64,000 bases of DNA from Carcharhinus amblyrhynchos (taxonomy: Eukaryota): positions 29,760,001-29,824,000 of the forward strand of contig OZ336886.1 in the NCBI GenBank assembly GCA_965287045.1, in the 5' to 3' direction. Under the pieces are notes generated by a model that was not told the DNA's origin, ran no database searches, and was given only the letters and a program-made list of their open reading frames with translations. Position numbers and translations under genes: made by a program. This document shows, piece by piece, positions 1 to 11,862 of this stretch (the first letter of the stretch is position 1; each line of letters opens with the position of its first letter).

Positions 1-51
1 TTTACTTCCCATTTGCCACACTGTGAAAGGAGAGAGAGAACAATAGGAAGA

Positions 52-355
52 TAAGAACTTGCATTTATATTACACCTTTCAGGGTCTCAGCAAGTCACTT
101 TACAACCATTGAAGTTCTGTTGAAGTGTAATCATTACAAGGGGTGCAGTTGTTAATCTGTCTAAATGCAAAATCCCAGAGTCAGTTTTTAAATTATGTTG
201 GTTGGGAGATAAATATCGGCCAAGACACGAGGATGAACACACCCATTATTCGAATATTGCCATAAGCTCTTTTACATCTAGGGCAGATTTGGCTTCAGTT
301 TAAGATCTCAACCAGAAGAAGCACCCTCAATGCATTTACCCTCAGTATTGCATCA
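52..355 (-). mobile_element. Deu-domain SINE (SacSINE1/AmnSINE1-like), body and tail
   Basis: The reverse complement resembles the Deu core (cagtactgaggg...ggccgatatttatctcccaaccaacat) and the tail ...atataaatgcaagttctt. The matching head lies at 1358-1432. Confidence 0.65.
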
Positions 356-420
356 AAGCTATCCTATAAGAGTAGATCAGAGGCTGGGAATACTGCGGCA
401 GGTAACTCACCTCCTGACTT

Positions 421-728
421 TCCCCAGAGGTAGGGGAGTCTAAAAGAGGGCATAGGTTTAAGGTGAGAGGGTATGGATACAAAAGTAGGCAATTTTTTCA
501 CACAGAGGGTATCGAATGTCTGAAACAAGATGCCAGAGGTAGCAGTAGAGGCGGGTACAATTTTGTCTTTTAAAAAACATTTAGAAAGTTACATGGGCAA
601 GATGGGTATAGAGGGATAGGGGCCAAATGTGTGCAATTGAGACTAGCTTCGTGGTTAAAAAAAGGAGTGGCATGGACAAGTTGAGCCGAAGGACCTGTTT
701 CCAAGCTGTAAACCTCTATGACTCTATC
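421..728 (+). mobile_element. CR1/HER1-like LINE 3' end
   Basis: ORF2 C-terminal motif (ggggagtctaaa..gagggcataggtttaagg), 3' UTR and ctctatgactctat tail. Same family as 15880-17015. Confidence 0.8.
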
Positions 729-730
729 AT

Positions 731-1357
731 ATCCTTGGGGTTACCATTGACCAGAAACTTAACTGGACTCACCACATAAACACAGTGGCCACAACAGCAG
801 GTCATAAGCTAGGAATATTGTGGTGAGTAACTCATCTCCTGACTCCCTAAAGCCTATCCACCATCTACAAGGCACAAGTCAGGAATGTGATGGAATACTG
901 TCCACTTACCTGGATGGGTGCAGCTCCAACAACATGCAAGAGGCTTGACACCAGCCAGGACAAAGCAGCCCGCTTGATTGGCACCACATCTACAAACGTC
1001 CATTCCCTCCACACTGATACTCAATAGCAGCTGTGTGTAGTATCTACAAGATACACTGCAACAATTCACCAAGATCTTTAGACGGCATCTTCCAAACCCA
1101 CAACCACTTCCATCTAGAAAGTGAAAGGCAGCAGATACATGGGACCATGACCACTTGCAAATTCCCCTCCAAGTCACTGACTTGAAAATATACTGTCTTT
1201 CCTTCACAGTTGCTGGGTCAAAATCCTGGAATTTCCTCTCTAATGGCATTGTAGACCAACCCACAGCTATGGACTGCAGCAATTCAAGAAGGCAACTAGG
1301 GATAGGTAATAAATTCTGGACAGCCAGCAACGCTCATGTCCTACGAATGAATAAAAA
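731..1357 (+). mobile_element. CR1/L2-group LINE 3' fragment (second family), degenerate ORF2 end plus tail
   Basis: Translates to LGVTIDQKLNWTHHINTVATTAG...STIYKAQVR.VMEYCPL.WMGAAPTT, a post-RT region of Jockey-group LINEs. Ends in atgaataaaaa. Confidence 0.75.
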
Positions 1358-1432
1358 CTTGTGTCCAAATCTCTGGAACAGGATTTGAATCCACAACCTT
1401 CTGACTCAAAGATGAGTGCTACCAATCGAGAA
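1358..1432 (-). mobile_element. tRNA-like head of the Deu-SINE split by the 366-1357 insertions
   Basis: Reverse complement has A/B-box-like sequence (..agtcagaaggttgtggattcaaatcc..), colinear with 52-355. Confidence 0.55.
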
Positions 1433-1571
1433 GCATTTTTCATCAAAACACATTGTCACACACCACAAACTGGAATTCTACAGAAAACCAAAACAAACCC
1501 ATCATATGTCATCAACTTCTGTATACTGCGGCAGAAGAACATCATGAAGAAAGTTCCTTTAATGGCAACAA

Positions 1572-1890
1572 GGGGAGGTGGTGTAGTGGTACTGTCAAAG
1601 AACTAGTAATCCAGAGATCCAGAATAATGTTCTGGGAACTCGGTTTGAACCCAACCATGGAAGATGGTGAAATTTGAATTCAATGAAAACAAAGGTCTGG
1701 AATTAAAAGTCTAAAGTCCATGAAACCATTGTTGATTGTCATAAAACCCATTTGGTTCACTAATGACATTTAGGGAAGGAAATTTGCTGCTCTTACCTGG
1801 TCTGGCCTACATGTGACTCCAGACCCACAGCAATGTGTTTGTATCTTCACATGCTTTATGAAATGGTTCAATTAGGGATGGCCAATCAAC
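1572..1890 (+). mobile_element. tRNA-derived SINE, family B
   Basis: Head ggtgtagtggt...ggtttgaaccc and body ggttcactaatg..tttagggaaggaaat..cttacctggtctggcctacatgtgactcc. Repeated at 7365-7570 and 12918-13226. Confidence 0.75.
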
Positions 1891-2965
1891 ACCTGCATAA
1901 TGTTAGTGACATCTGTAAAGAATGCCAATAAGTGTACTGCATATAGTAAAACCTGCTAGAAATGCATTACTACTCTAGTACATGCACACTTAAGGCATTC
2001 AACAGATTGTATTCCACTGATCAACCTCCTGTTTACTTCACTCCATCACATCCCAAATAGACACTGGTAAAAATCTCCATTCTCGACGTGGACACTAACT
2101 CAAGAGAATTATGCATTTTCTATTTGAAGTTACATTTTTATACTAACTTCATTTCTGAATTACAAATGTGTTGCAATAGTGCCTTTGATCACAATTGATC
2201 GTTGACTTTCTTGAGGGGCTGAGCTTTGACACTAGGTTCCTAGAGGAGACATTCCCCCTCACCTAATTTATTCCATAGGGCAAGAGGACCCTGCATTAAT
2301 CCCACGTATTACCATCTCATGGGATCCTGTTGAATATTGTCTCCAATTTATACCTTCCCATACTCGCATTTATTTGTTCACCTATATTTGTTCTCTCATG
2401 CAGGACTACTAAGCGTCTCCAGGACCATTCCCACTGTAAGTTCCATGTCTTGTTGTCCCAACGATTCATGCTCATTTATGTGCACTCTTCCTGAAGACAC
2501 GTCCTTGGCACTTCGTGTGTTAATGCTTCATCCAGTGGCAGTATTTGCCACTGGTGATTTGCCATTGCTTTCCATTTTCATGGGCAGGGCAAGAAGGCAG
2601 GTCAATGCCTTCCCATTCTTACTGAAGTTATTAAACCCACATTGATTGTATTATTTTGGCCCATACATTAGTCATCTAGCTCCTGGGGCTCTTAGCTTAT
2701 TCAACCATAATTCCACTAGAGTACCATACTTTGGTTGCAGGTCACGATCCATAGCTCTGCGCAGCTTAAACATAATTCAATAAAGTTAGATAGGCCACAT
2801 TCAGGTACATACAAGACGATGGAAACTTTCTACTTGTGGATGAATTTATCAGCCCTCTGTAAAACCAATACAGTCCAAGGTATCATTTTTCTTTACACAA
2901 GCAGATCCAAACATATATATTTGAAGTAATCATTCAGCTCTCTATAGATTTTGTTCCCTGGGGCT

Positions 2966-3255
2966 GTTATTTATTTATTAGTGTCACAAGTAGGCTTACA
3001 TTAACATTGCAATAAAGTTACTGTGAAAATCCCCCAGTTGCCACATTCCAGCACCTGTGGGAGAATTTAGTATGGTCAATACACCTAGCCAGTACATCTT
3101 TCAGACTGGAAGGAAACTGAAGTACCCAGAGGAAACCCATGCAGAGCTGAGAAGAACATGCAGACTCCGCACAGAGAGTGACTCAAGCCAGGAATCGAAC
3201 CTAGGTTCTCGGTGCTGTGAGGCAGCAGTGCTGAACACTGTGCCACTATGCCTCC
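2966..3255 (-). mobile_element. HE1-like V-SINE (tail type A)
   Basis: tRNA head, V-domain (tgtgcggagtctgcatgttct...ggtttcct) and tail ttttcacagtaactt..gtaagcctacttgtgacactaataaataaa. Confidence 0.8.
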
Positions 3256-3983
3256 CTGTGATCTTACGAAACTACAAGAAAGCGCAATCACTTCACAGCT
3301 TGGATCTCTAACCAACCCAGAATATTTGTGTATATATAGCTCAAGACAAAGCAATCATTTCCATCTTGAAGATATGTCAATCCCTATTTACATTTTATTC
3401 TGGATATAGGGAATGACAATATGCAACTACAATTGGCACTAGTTACTTTTTAAATGGAAAATAGATCCTCAAAAGCATGTAAACAATTAAATACTGTAAC
3501 AAGTAGCAATCCAGCATGTTTAATCTGTAAATCAAGCAAATGAAAAGTTAACAGGAGCATTTCCTGTTCCAGTGATAAAAAATGCACTCCCTCCAACACA
3601 ATCCAAACAGGTACACAGTCCAGTTATCCAAGTACAGAAAACCTAGCTGCAAATTGGCAACAGCAAAGGTTCAGGGAATTCACAAGTCTGCAGACAATTA
3701 CTTGCCTGTATTTGCAAACTAAAACAGTACAGTTTACCAGCAGAGAACACAGGTAAACGTGTCCAATTAGGACTACCTTGATTGGTTGGAGCTCAGCGGG
3801 AAGCATCCTAAGCCCAGGGAAAGTCTACTTTTCCAGGTACCATTAAAGAGCTGTGCAGCCAGGTGCATCATCTTTGACCATGCACTGTCATGAATGTGCT
3901 AGCAGATTAAAAGCCACCAGCATTTTAAAAGATCTAAGTAACGAGATTAGCAGTGCAGACAGACCAAAAGAGTATATCATTCT

Positions 3984-4092
3984 TTGATAAAGCTTTGACA
4001 AAGGGTCATCTGGATTCGAAACGTCAGCCCTTTTCTCTCCTTATAGATGGTGAAGACCTGCTGAGATTTTCCAGCATTTTCTCTTTTGGTGG
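3984..4092 (+). mobile_element. Short Penelope-like (pLTR) insert with minimal hammerhead motif and 14-bp TSD
   Basis: gagtatatcattct is duplicated at 3970-3983 and 4093-4106. Hammerhead-like core at 3992-4028. Confidence 0.7.
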
Positions 4093-4140
4093 GAGTATAT
4101 CATTCTGCTAACAAGAAACACTTTGGGTAGATGACTGCAC

Positions 4141-4750
4141 TACCCAGGGATGACATACATTAGATTTTTTTTAGAACAGAAGCTGAGGGAACAGACAGTC
4201 AAACATATAGACACAATCTTCAAAGGGAAACAATGATATAATTGGCAACATTTCTATGAAAGCAGGGGGCAGATTCCATATAACTGCCTGAGGGGTAGAT
4301 TTTCCTACTAGCAGCCTGTAAACTGGTTCCAGCTAGCAGACCAGAAGCAAGAGTGCAGAAACCTTTGTGAAGACAGTTAAAACCATATCTTCATTGAACC
4401 AAGAAGTGACGTTCTCCAGAGTAACTCGTCAATTGTATACAGTGTGGAAACTATAAGCTGGCCTTTATTTATTGATCTATTGAATTGGACATTGTTTGAG
4501 AAGAGGGAATTCCTTAAAGAATTCATGTAAATGTCCTTTGGAACAAAAAGGGCAATTTCCACTTAACATATGTTTAGTAGTTTGTATGTAACTGTCTTCG
4601 ATCATTATAGTCCTGATCGTATATGTGTATTTTCTTTATTGCAATAAATGGCTTTCAATAAATGTTATACGATTGGGCTGGTTACTGTTACTGTTACTAG
4701 GTATCGCATACGTCTCCTCACACCATTCCTGTGAATAAAATGTAGACACA
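4141..4750. mobile_element. Possible decayed solo LTR
   Basis: gcac flanks both ends, termini TA...CA, clustered AATAAA at 4643-4740. Weak evidence. Confidence 0.25.
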
Positions 4751-4899
4751 GCACTGATACCAAGTCAAATTTATGTTAAGTTTCTTTTAAAGCTCTTTAA
4801 CAAAGAGAATTCTCATCAGTTTCATAAACTGAAATTAACCAGCAGGATTTTCAGTCTAATCTGTTTATCGAACATCAGCCATGATCAAATTGCCTCAGA

Positions 4900-5047
4900 G
4901 GTACATGGTTCTGGGGCAAGTCTCACTTACAGCCAAGTGCAAAAATCCACACCAAACTCAGAGCGGTTGTGCAGGGATGCTGCATTATCAGAGGCACTGT
5001 CTTTCCAATTAGACTTTAAATTAGGGGTGCAGTATAAAACATCCATG
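4900..5047 (+). mobile_element. Deu-SINE fragment
   Basis: gggatgctgcattatcagaggcactgtctttcc..gtataaaacatccatg resembles the Deu core. Confidence 0.5.
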
Positions 5048-6350
5048 TGTCAGGAAGCAGAGACAGTTTTAAGTTTTATGTTTGCATTATTAGATGATAG
5101 AAATAAGGCATAAATTTAAGTGAGTTTAATTCAATGTTTATATGGGAAAGGATTAAAACTTTAGTTAGATTCATGCTAAACAAAGGTGTTTGCATTTATG
5201 GGGGTTTTGGTTTCATTTTAAACTGTGTCTGTATTGCTTAGAGAGTTAATGAGATGAAAAGCCAACAAGAATAAAGGAGGATGAGGCTGCCAGTTAGAAA
5301 GACCTTTTGAGAATTTTTTTTTAAACTGGACTCAAAGCAATTGGAGCTCAGGAGCAGGAGAGGAAATAGTTCTGAGCTCTGCCAGAAGCAGGACAATGGA
5401 GTAATGGGAAGAAAGCACTCCAGAAACTAAAGAACAGGCAGTTCTAGAAACCAGGGAATGAAAAGTTTAAGGAAAACTGAAACTAAAGGGACAAAGAAAC
5501 TAGAAACTGGACAAAGGTACAGTTCATCCAAATTAAAGAATGGGGCAGAGGGAAGCTCCCAGTTAAAAACTGGATGTGGAGTTGCTGGTGTTGGACTGGG
5601 GTAGGCATGGTATGAAGTCTCAACTCCAGGTTAAATTCCAAAAGGTTTATTTGGTAGCATGAGCTTTCGGAGTGTTGCCCCTTCATCAGTTAAGTGGGCA
5701 ATACTCCGAAAGCTCATGCTACCAAACATGTTGGACTTTAACCTGGTGTTGAGAGTTAAGGCCAGTGCTAAAAAGAGCAGACATGGCAACGTTGGCTAGC
5801 AAGAAACCAGATGGCTGAAGCAATCCAAAGGTTGCTGACCCTGGTACAGCCTGTGAAGCAGTAGTGTTCTGCGAGTGAGGCTGGGTACCTGAGTTTGTGT
5901 AGAAGCTTGAATGCATGCAATAATTCAAAGCAAAGGAATAATGAGAGTTGGAAATCCTGGAAGTGAATTGGCTGTGGGAAAGCATTGTTTGGATGGCAAT
6001 TCTAATACAGTGGTGGGCAGCTTGGGGGCCAAATATGGCCCATCTGGGTTCTGAGTGCAGCCCATGAGAAATTTTGTTGACCACTGCCCACATGCAGGGT
6101 TGCCACATTCTGCTAATTTTCAGACAGTAAACGTTTCTACTAGTGTGAATGAAGAGATATGCACGTAAAGCAAGTGCATGCGAAGCAAGGAACATGCTGA
6201 TCACACACAACATTGACAGTGAGAGCTCTGCTTCCAAAATGTAAATATTTTGTTTTTAACCGTTTAAAGTTGATGATAGTTCAATTAATATATAAATGAA
6301 ATAGCATATCCATTATGAAATATTCAGTTTGTATTAAATGTATCATATTT
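5048..6350. mobile_element. LTR-like interspersed repeat, right boundary uncertain
   Basis: Starts TGTCAGG like the 21363 element and abruptly truncates the Deu-SINE. Confidence 0.35.
5574..5754. mobile_element. Penelope-like inverted pLTR fragment forming a long hairpin, with a hammerhead core on the minus strand
   Basis: 31-bp arms at 5650-5680 and 5696-5726 with one mismatch. The 5' part resembles 33721-33770. The minus strand reads CTGATGAAGGGGCAACACTCCGAAAGCTC. Confidence 0.7.
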
Positions 6351-7364
6351 AAGGGGTCATGGTTAGTGAACAAACATGTTTCAATCTTGTGGCCCACTGA
6401 GATGGAGAGCTATTCATGTAGCCCACTCGCAAGCCTAGGTTGCCCACTGTTCTTAAGGCATGTCTGAGTGTGGAGTTTGGGGAAGCACTCATATGAAAGC
6501 CAGAGTCCCAGGAGGTCAGTTGATTCACAGTCTAATCATCATGAGGGGGTTTCAGGAGAGATCAATAGAAGGATGATCAGGGTGTTCACTTGGTTTCATA
6601 AGTGTGAAATTTAGCACCTTTACCTCCAATGGGGATTTTGGAGATGAGCACTCAGCAACGATGTGCACTCGAGGGGCATAGGTGAGGATACGAGAACAAG
6701 CTTAAGAAACCTCAAACCAACAATTATGAAGGCTGAGGCTCTCATGCTCCTGCCTCTCACACAGTGACATTCTCCTGTCTTGACCAAATCAGAAGACCTG
6801 TCCTAAGAGATAAGACTACTACCTGGTACAAAGAAACCAGGTAACTACCCTCCCCCCCCAACCTCCCACACTTCCTCATGCATTCTCATGTCCATAGTTC
6901 AGCCTCCAGCTCAAACTCTGAATCAAAAGTTGCTCAAATACAAAATACTTATTGCAAACGTGTGTTTGAATTAACAATTTCATTATTTTATTCAATTGTT
7001 CTAATATATTTTATTAACCTTACCACCAGTTGCTATATTACTTTGAACCTTAGGAGTAGAATAAACCATAGTCATTTACCAGATACTCACAAAATAAGTA
7101 GCTTCTCCTGTAGCAGAATAAGACCCCTTCCTGAAGGCTAGAAAGATAGAAAACAAAAAGCACCCCTTTGTCTTCCTTCCCTAATTCCCTTAATTACCCA
7201 TCTCCCGGCACTCTGATTCTAAGTCACAATTTTCACAGTAAACTTTACCCAAAGCACTTCTTCCCACGTATCAAATTTCGACTTTGAACCAAATTCCCAA
7301 ATATATGCACTTGGTCTCACTTAGGCTGAAGTCTCCCCTGACTGACCGTGTCCTTCGTCTGCAA

Positions 7365-7570
7365 TGGCGACCATGAAACTGTTCTTGATCGTCATAAAAA
7401 CCCAACTGGTTCACTAACGTCCTTTGGGGAAGGAAATATTTACCTAGTCTGGCCTATCTGTGACTCCTGACACATTGGTCAGCTCTCAATTGCCCTCTGA
7501 AATTGCTGAGTTCAAGAGCAATTAGGAATGTACAAAAATGCTGGCCTTGTCAAGGACACCCACATACTAA
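7365..7570 (+). mobile_element. SINE family B, central and 3' part
   Basis: Matches 1715-1890. Confidence 0.7.
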
Positions 7571-8127
7571 AGACAGGGATAAGGATAGGTACATTAGAAC
7601 TGGGAAAATGAACTATTGGGTATTCCCTAGTCTGAGGCAGTATACTAATAGACTGCCCAGGCTTCCCCATCACTCAACAACTTGTATTCATATTCAGCAA
7701 TATTCATTTTCCAGAACTCAACAGAACAAGCTGCTATAAATCTCTATAGTGAAAATACTGAAGTTAAACTGGCACTCTCTGTCCCAACTTTCTTCAAAGG
7801 GTTCACTGACATTTCAACAAGATAGCTCCTTCAGAACGAAGTTTAGAAAAATGTCAATGGAGAGACTGGGGTGTGAACACAGATGAGTACCTTTTCTGCA
7901 ACATGGAAGTGATGGTCTCATTTAGTACAACTTAATGTGAAGCTAGATTTTCAACAATAATGAACAAAGTACCAAGCCACAGTGGACATTAACTATGATA
8001 TGCTGTGTTTGTCAAAAAAAATACTTACATGATTTGACAGAATTGTTGCTCAGCACTGCAACAAATTTCACAGTAAACAGAAGAAAGTAATAAATACATG
8101 TTTAAACATGTATTTGTTTTCATTATA

Positions 8128-9300
8128 CAGAAAATAGGCAATAGGCAGCATGGCTTTGTGCAGGTGAGATTGTCTCTCACAAACTTGATTTGAGTTTGAG
8201 GAAATGACAAAGCTGATTGATGACGGTAGGATGGTGGGTGTTGTCTACATGGACTTTTAACAAGGCCTTTGACAAGGTTCCTCATGGCAGGCTGATTCAC
8301 GGTCACGAGATCCATAGTGAGTTGGTAAGATGAAGACGGTAGTGTTGGGAAGGTGTTTTTCTGACAGGAGTTCTGCGATCAGTGGTGTTCCACAGGGATC
8401 AGTGCCGGAACCCCTGTTGTATGTAAAATTTAAAGAAAATGTAGATGGTCTGATTAGTAAGTTTTGGCCGACAAAGATTGGGGGAGCTGCAAGTAGTGAG
8501 AAGGATTGATAGGAGATAGACAAGCTGGACACTTAGGTGGATAGATGGCAGATGGAGTTTAATCCAGACAAATGCAAGATTATGCATTTCAGAAAGTCTA
8601 ATGTAGGAGGAAAGTATACCGTAAATGGCAGAACCCTTAGAGGCAGTAACAGAGGGATTTAGGCATACAGTTCTCTGAAAGGGGCAACACAAGTGGACAA
8701 GGTGGTCAAGAAGGCATATGGCATGCTTGCCTTCTGTGGTCAGGGTATATAGTATAAAAATTGGCAAGTCATGTTGCAGCTGCAGAGAATTTTAGTTAGG
8801 CCACATTTGGAATATTGCATACAATTGTGGTCACCACACTACCGGAAATATCGTGGAAGCTTTGGAGAGGGGTACTGAAAACATTTACCAGGATGTTACC
8901 TGGTTTGGAATGTACTAGCTATGAGGGGAAATTGGACAAACTTGGTTTGTTTTCACTTCAACATCGGAGACTGAGGGATGACCTGATAAATGTCAATTAA
9001 GTTTAGAGGTGTGAGAAACAAGTTTTTTTTAAAAAGGGTGGCAAGTTTCTGGAATGCACTGCCAGAAAAGAGTGGTAAAAGCAGATACGTAGCAACACTT
9101 AAGAGGCATATTGACAGATACTTGGGATTAGAAGGATACGGTCCACAGAGGGGAAATTTCACAGTAACTTCATTGCAGTGTTAATGTAAGCCTTACTTGT
9201 GTATAATAAACTTCAAATAAACTTCAACTTCAAGGGCCTTCTGTTAAAAAAGGTGTCATGCATCAGTGCAGGCTTGGTGGACCAAAGGGCCTGTTCTTGT
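8128..9300 (+). mobile_element. Degenerate CR1 LINE (RT to 3' UTR) with a V-SINE tail fragment inserted at ~9150-9215
   Basis: QHGFV, DF.KAFDKVPH, SGVPQGSV and FTRMLPGL motifs, broken by frameshifts. Homologous to 27450-29075. Confidence 0.85.
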
Positions 9301-10006
9301 AATACTTGGGTCACATGGGTGGTGAATCTTGGAAATCAGAAGATTTTAAAACTCTTGGCCAAAAACATCAAGGTGGACTGGGACATTGAAAGCTGTTCAA
9401 TACAAGTCCTTTCGCTTTCTGAAAAGTGTGCTCAGGCCAACCATGACAATTGCTGAAATTGATATTTAGAAGCAATTAGAGACACTTATGATTGGATTGC
9501 TGAAACACAATTGCTTCTGAAGCTCTACATCTCCAAATAGTGGATCCATCATTTAATGAGGTAAGAACACGGGCAATGTAATTGCACATTTTGTCAACCA
9601 AGTTGCTTAGCATGATGCTCATGAGCAGCTTAGCGTGCCCACCAATAAACACATTTTTGAAATCCCAACACTGCAGACGTAATTTCCGTCATTTTTCTCT
9701 CCTTTTGTTTGCCATTTTTTCCCCCTTTCCTGAAGATGTCAACTCTTAATGGAGGTGTTCCATGGATGTCACTAATGGATATTGGCCCAATTAACCATTC
9801 TTCACAAGAGCCATAACTGCAATTATCAGAAGGGACCACATACTTGTGCACTTTCCAGCAGCAGAGAGTGGTCAACAAAATTCCCATCCAATTTTCATCT
9901 CCCTAACAGTTTGTCCCAGCTGAAATCTGCACAAACTGGAATTTGAACCTGGAGCCTCAAAACTCACCATATAACGCATCACAGGAGCTGCAGGTACTTG
10001 ACTGAC

Positions 10007-10045
10007 CAAAAAAAAACAAAATCAGTTTTTATTAATACCTTTATT
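10007..10045 (-). terminator. Candidate BUB3 polyadenylation site
   Basis: Two minus-strand AATAAA (10040-10045, 10028-10033) followed by a U/GU-rich tract (TTTGTTTTTTTTTGG). Confidence 0.6.
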
Positions 10046-10751
10046 GAATTTATAACAAAAACCTTCAACAAAGTTTCAAAACATTTAAATGTATTTGACA
10101 ATGATTACAATTGAACTTCAATGGAAAACAAATCGTAAGTTTAACAAACAAGTAGAACTTGGTTATTTACAAATTCTGATTAAAAAATCCTTTGCTGATG
10201 TTAGATAGCCATGAGCTCTCTCCACGATCTTCAGCTAACACCAATTTAGATGGGAAGTTAACTGAACTACTCACTTGCGTTAAGTTGTATATCTAAGCCG
10301 ATTAAATATTTCATATAACCCTACCATATTAGCAGCAATTTATAACATAAGAAGCAAATTCATGACTTTTTGCAGTTTGCACAAGTAGTCTCAAAATGCA
10401 TTTATGTCTTTGCATAATCAAATATTGTTACACAGAAAAAATAAAAAAATTCTATTTTGGGAAAATAGTTCTAATGTAAAGGACCAATCACCAATCCAAG
10501 CTCCACTGTAGAGAAAAAAGAATGACACTATTTGACATGCTGCCTCAGAAAACAAGTAGGCACATTTTTATCAATGTGACGCCTATCATCCAACGGATAT
10601 TGAAAGCTTGGGAGAACAAGATAAAATCAATACTGCCTCTGCTGGGAGCTGTGTTATCTACTCAACATCAATAATTTCTTTCATGAAATTAGGAAAATTA
10701 ATAAATGTTTGGATAAATGATGGAAAGGATAAAACCCAGCTGCTGAGAAAC

Positions 10752-10972
10752 TCACTTGGGCTTTGTTTCCGCATCTGTCACTTGTCGAATATAGATACTG
10801 TCTTCAGGGTGTTCAATTTCACCTTTCTCATACATGTATGATGATGCTATTGCAATTGCAGAGCCATCATTGCTGAAGGCAAGCGATGCAATACTGGTTG
10901 GGTATCGGTGGAACTGACACAACCTTTTCTTATTGAAGGGATCCCAGATATTCACAAATCCATCAGAGCCAC
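10752..10972 (-). CDS. BUB3: BUB3 coding exon 6 (GSDGFVNIWDPFNKKRLCQFHRYPTSIASLAFS...DAETKPK); donor after 10756, or read-through to TGA at 10754-10752
   Basis: AG acceptor at 10974-10973, 217 nt to AA|GTGAG. Near identical to the vertebrate BUB3 C-terminal WD40 region. Confidence 0.95.
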
Positions 10973-11449
10973 CTACATTTAAATATCAAAAAAGTTTACT
11001 GTCATTTGCATCTTTAAAAATGAAATATTTTCTATACTTTGCCAAATAAGATCTGTTGGCTTCATGCAAAATTCACCAAAAGGTAATATTTTAAATCATT
11101 TATCAAAAAGTCAATGTTATATAAACTCTTGACATTCATACGAACCTTCATTTAGATGCAAGTACCCCAGACCAACAGTGTTTTAAAACAGTACCACAAA
11201 TCAACATTTTTCATAGATTTAAATTTTAAATCAACAAGTTTGGTATGTTTCAAAGTAAACCAAATACTTAATTACCAATCTTGCTTCTTTCCATTTCTGA
11301 CTAACTACTACACTATAGTAGTAATGAAAATCTGTGTGTAACAGATGTTGCAACATCATCGCTTATAAACTAAGAAAAGTACCTAATACCGCTAGTAATG
11401 TAACTAGGAATGAGCAATCATTTTAATGACATGCACATCCTGAGAATTT

Positions 11450-11527
11450 AAAGAACACAGTAATGCCTATATTGTCTGCTCTGAAGCTAAAGAACACAGT
11501 AATGCCTATATTGTCTGCTCTGAAGCT
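11450..11527. repeat. Perfect 39-bp tandem duplication
   Basis: aaagaacacagtaatgcctatattgtctgctctgaagct occurs twice in a row. Confidence 0.95.
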
Positions 11528-11611
11528 ATTTGGGAAGTTCGTCTATCACTACCCAATTCCCTACCACTATCTTCCCAAATCTAATCTTACAGACCATTAG
11601 CATCAGGAGTA

Positions 11612-11862
11612 AAGTTTACTTATTAGTCACAAGTAACACTGCAATGAAGTTACTGTGAAATTCCCCTAGTTGCCACACTCTGGCACCTGTTCGGGTCAAT
11701 GCACCAAACCAACACATCTTTCAACCCGCAGGAGGAAACCGGAGCACACGGAAGAAATCCATGCAGATATGGGGAGAACATGCAAACTCCACACAGACAG
11801 TGATCCAAGCTGGGAATCGAACCTGGGTCCCTAGCGCTGAGAGTGCTAACCACTGTGCCACT
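11612..11862 (-). mobile_element. HE1-like V-SINE (tail A)
   Basis: Same head, V-domain and tail as 2966-3255. Confidence 0.8.

Noticed and set aside
854-1330. 158-aa minus-strand ORF
   Set aside because: Antisense to a LINE fragment, with no recognisable protein.
5719-6237. 172-aa minus-strand ORF
   Set aside because: Lies in LTR-like repeat sequence, with no domain or splice support.
10280-10300. Terminal BUB3 micro-exon giving ...KYTT-stop
   Set aside because: The acceptor lacks a polypyrimidine tract and the peptide does not match known endings.
11450-11527. CRISPR-like direct repeat
   Set aside because: Two adjacent copies with no spacer, in a vertebrate intron.
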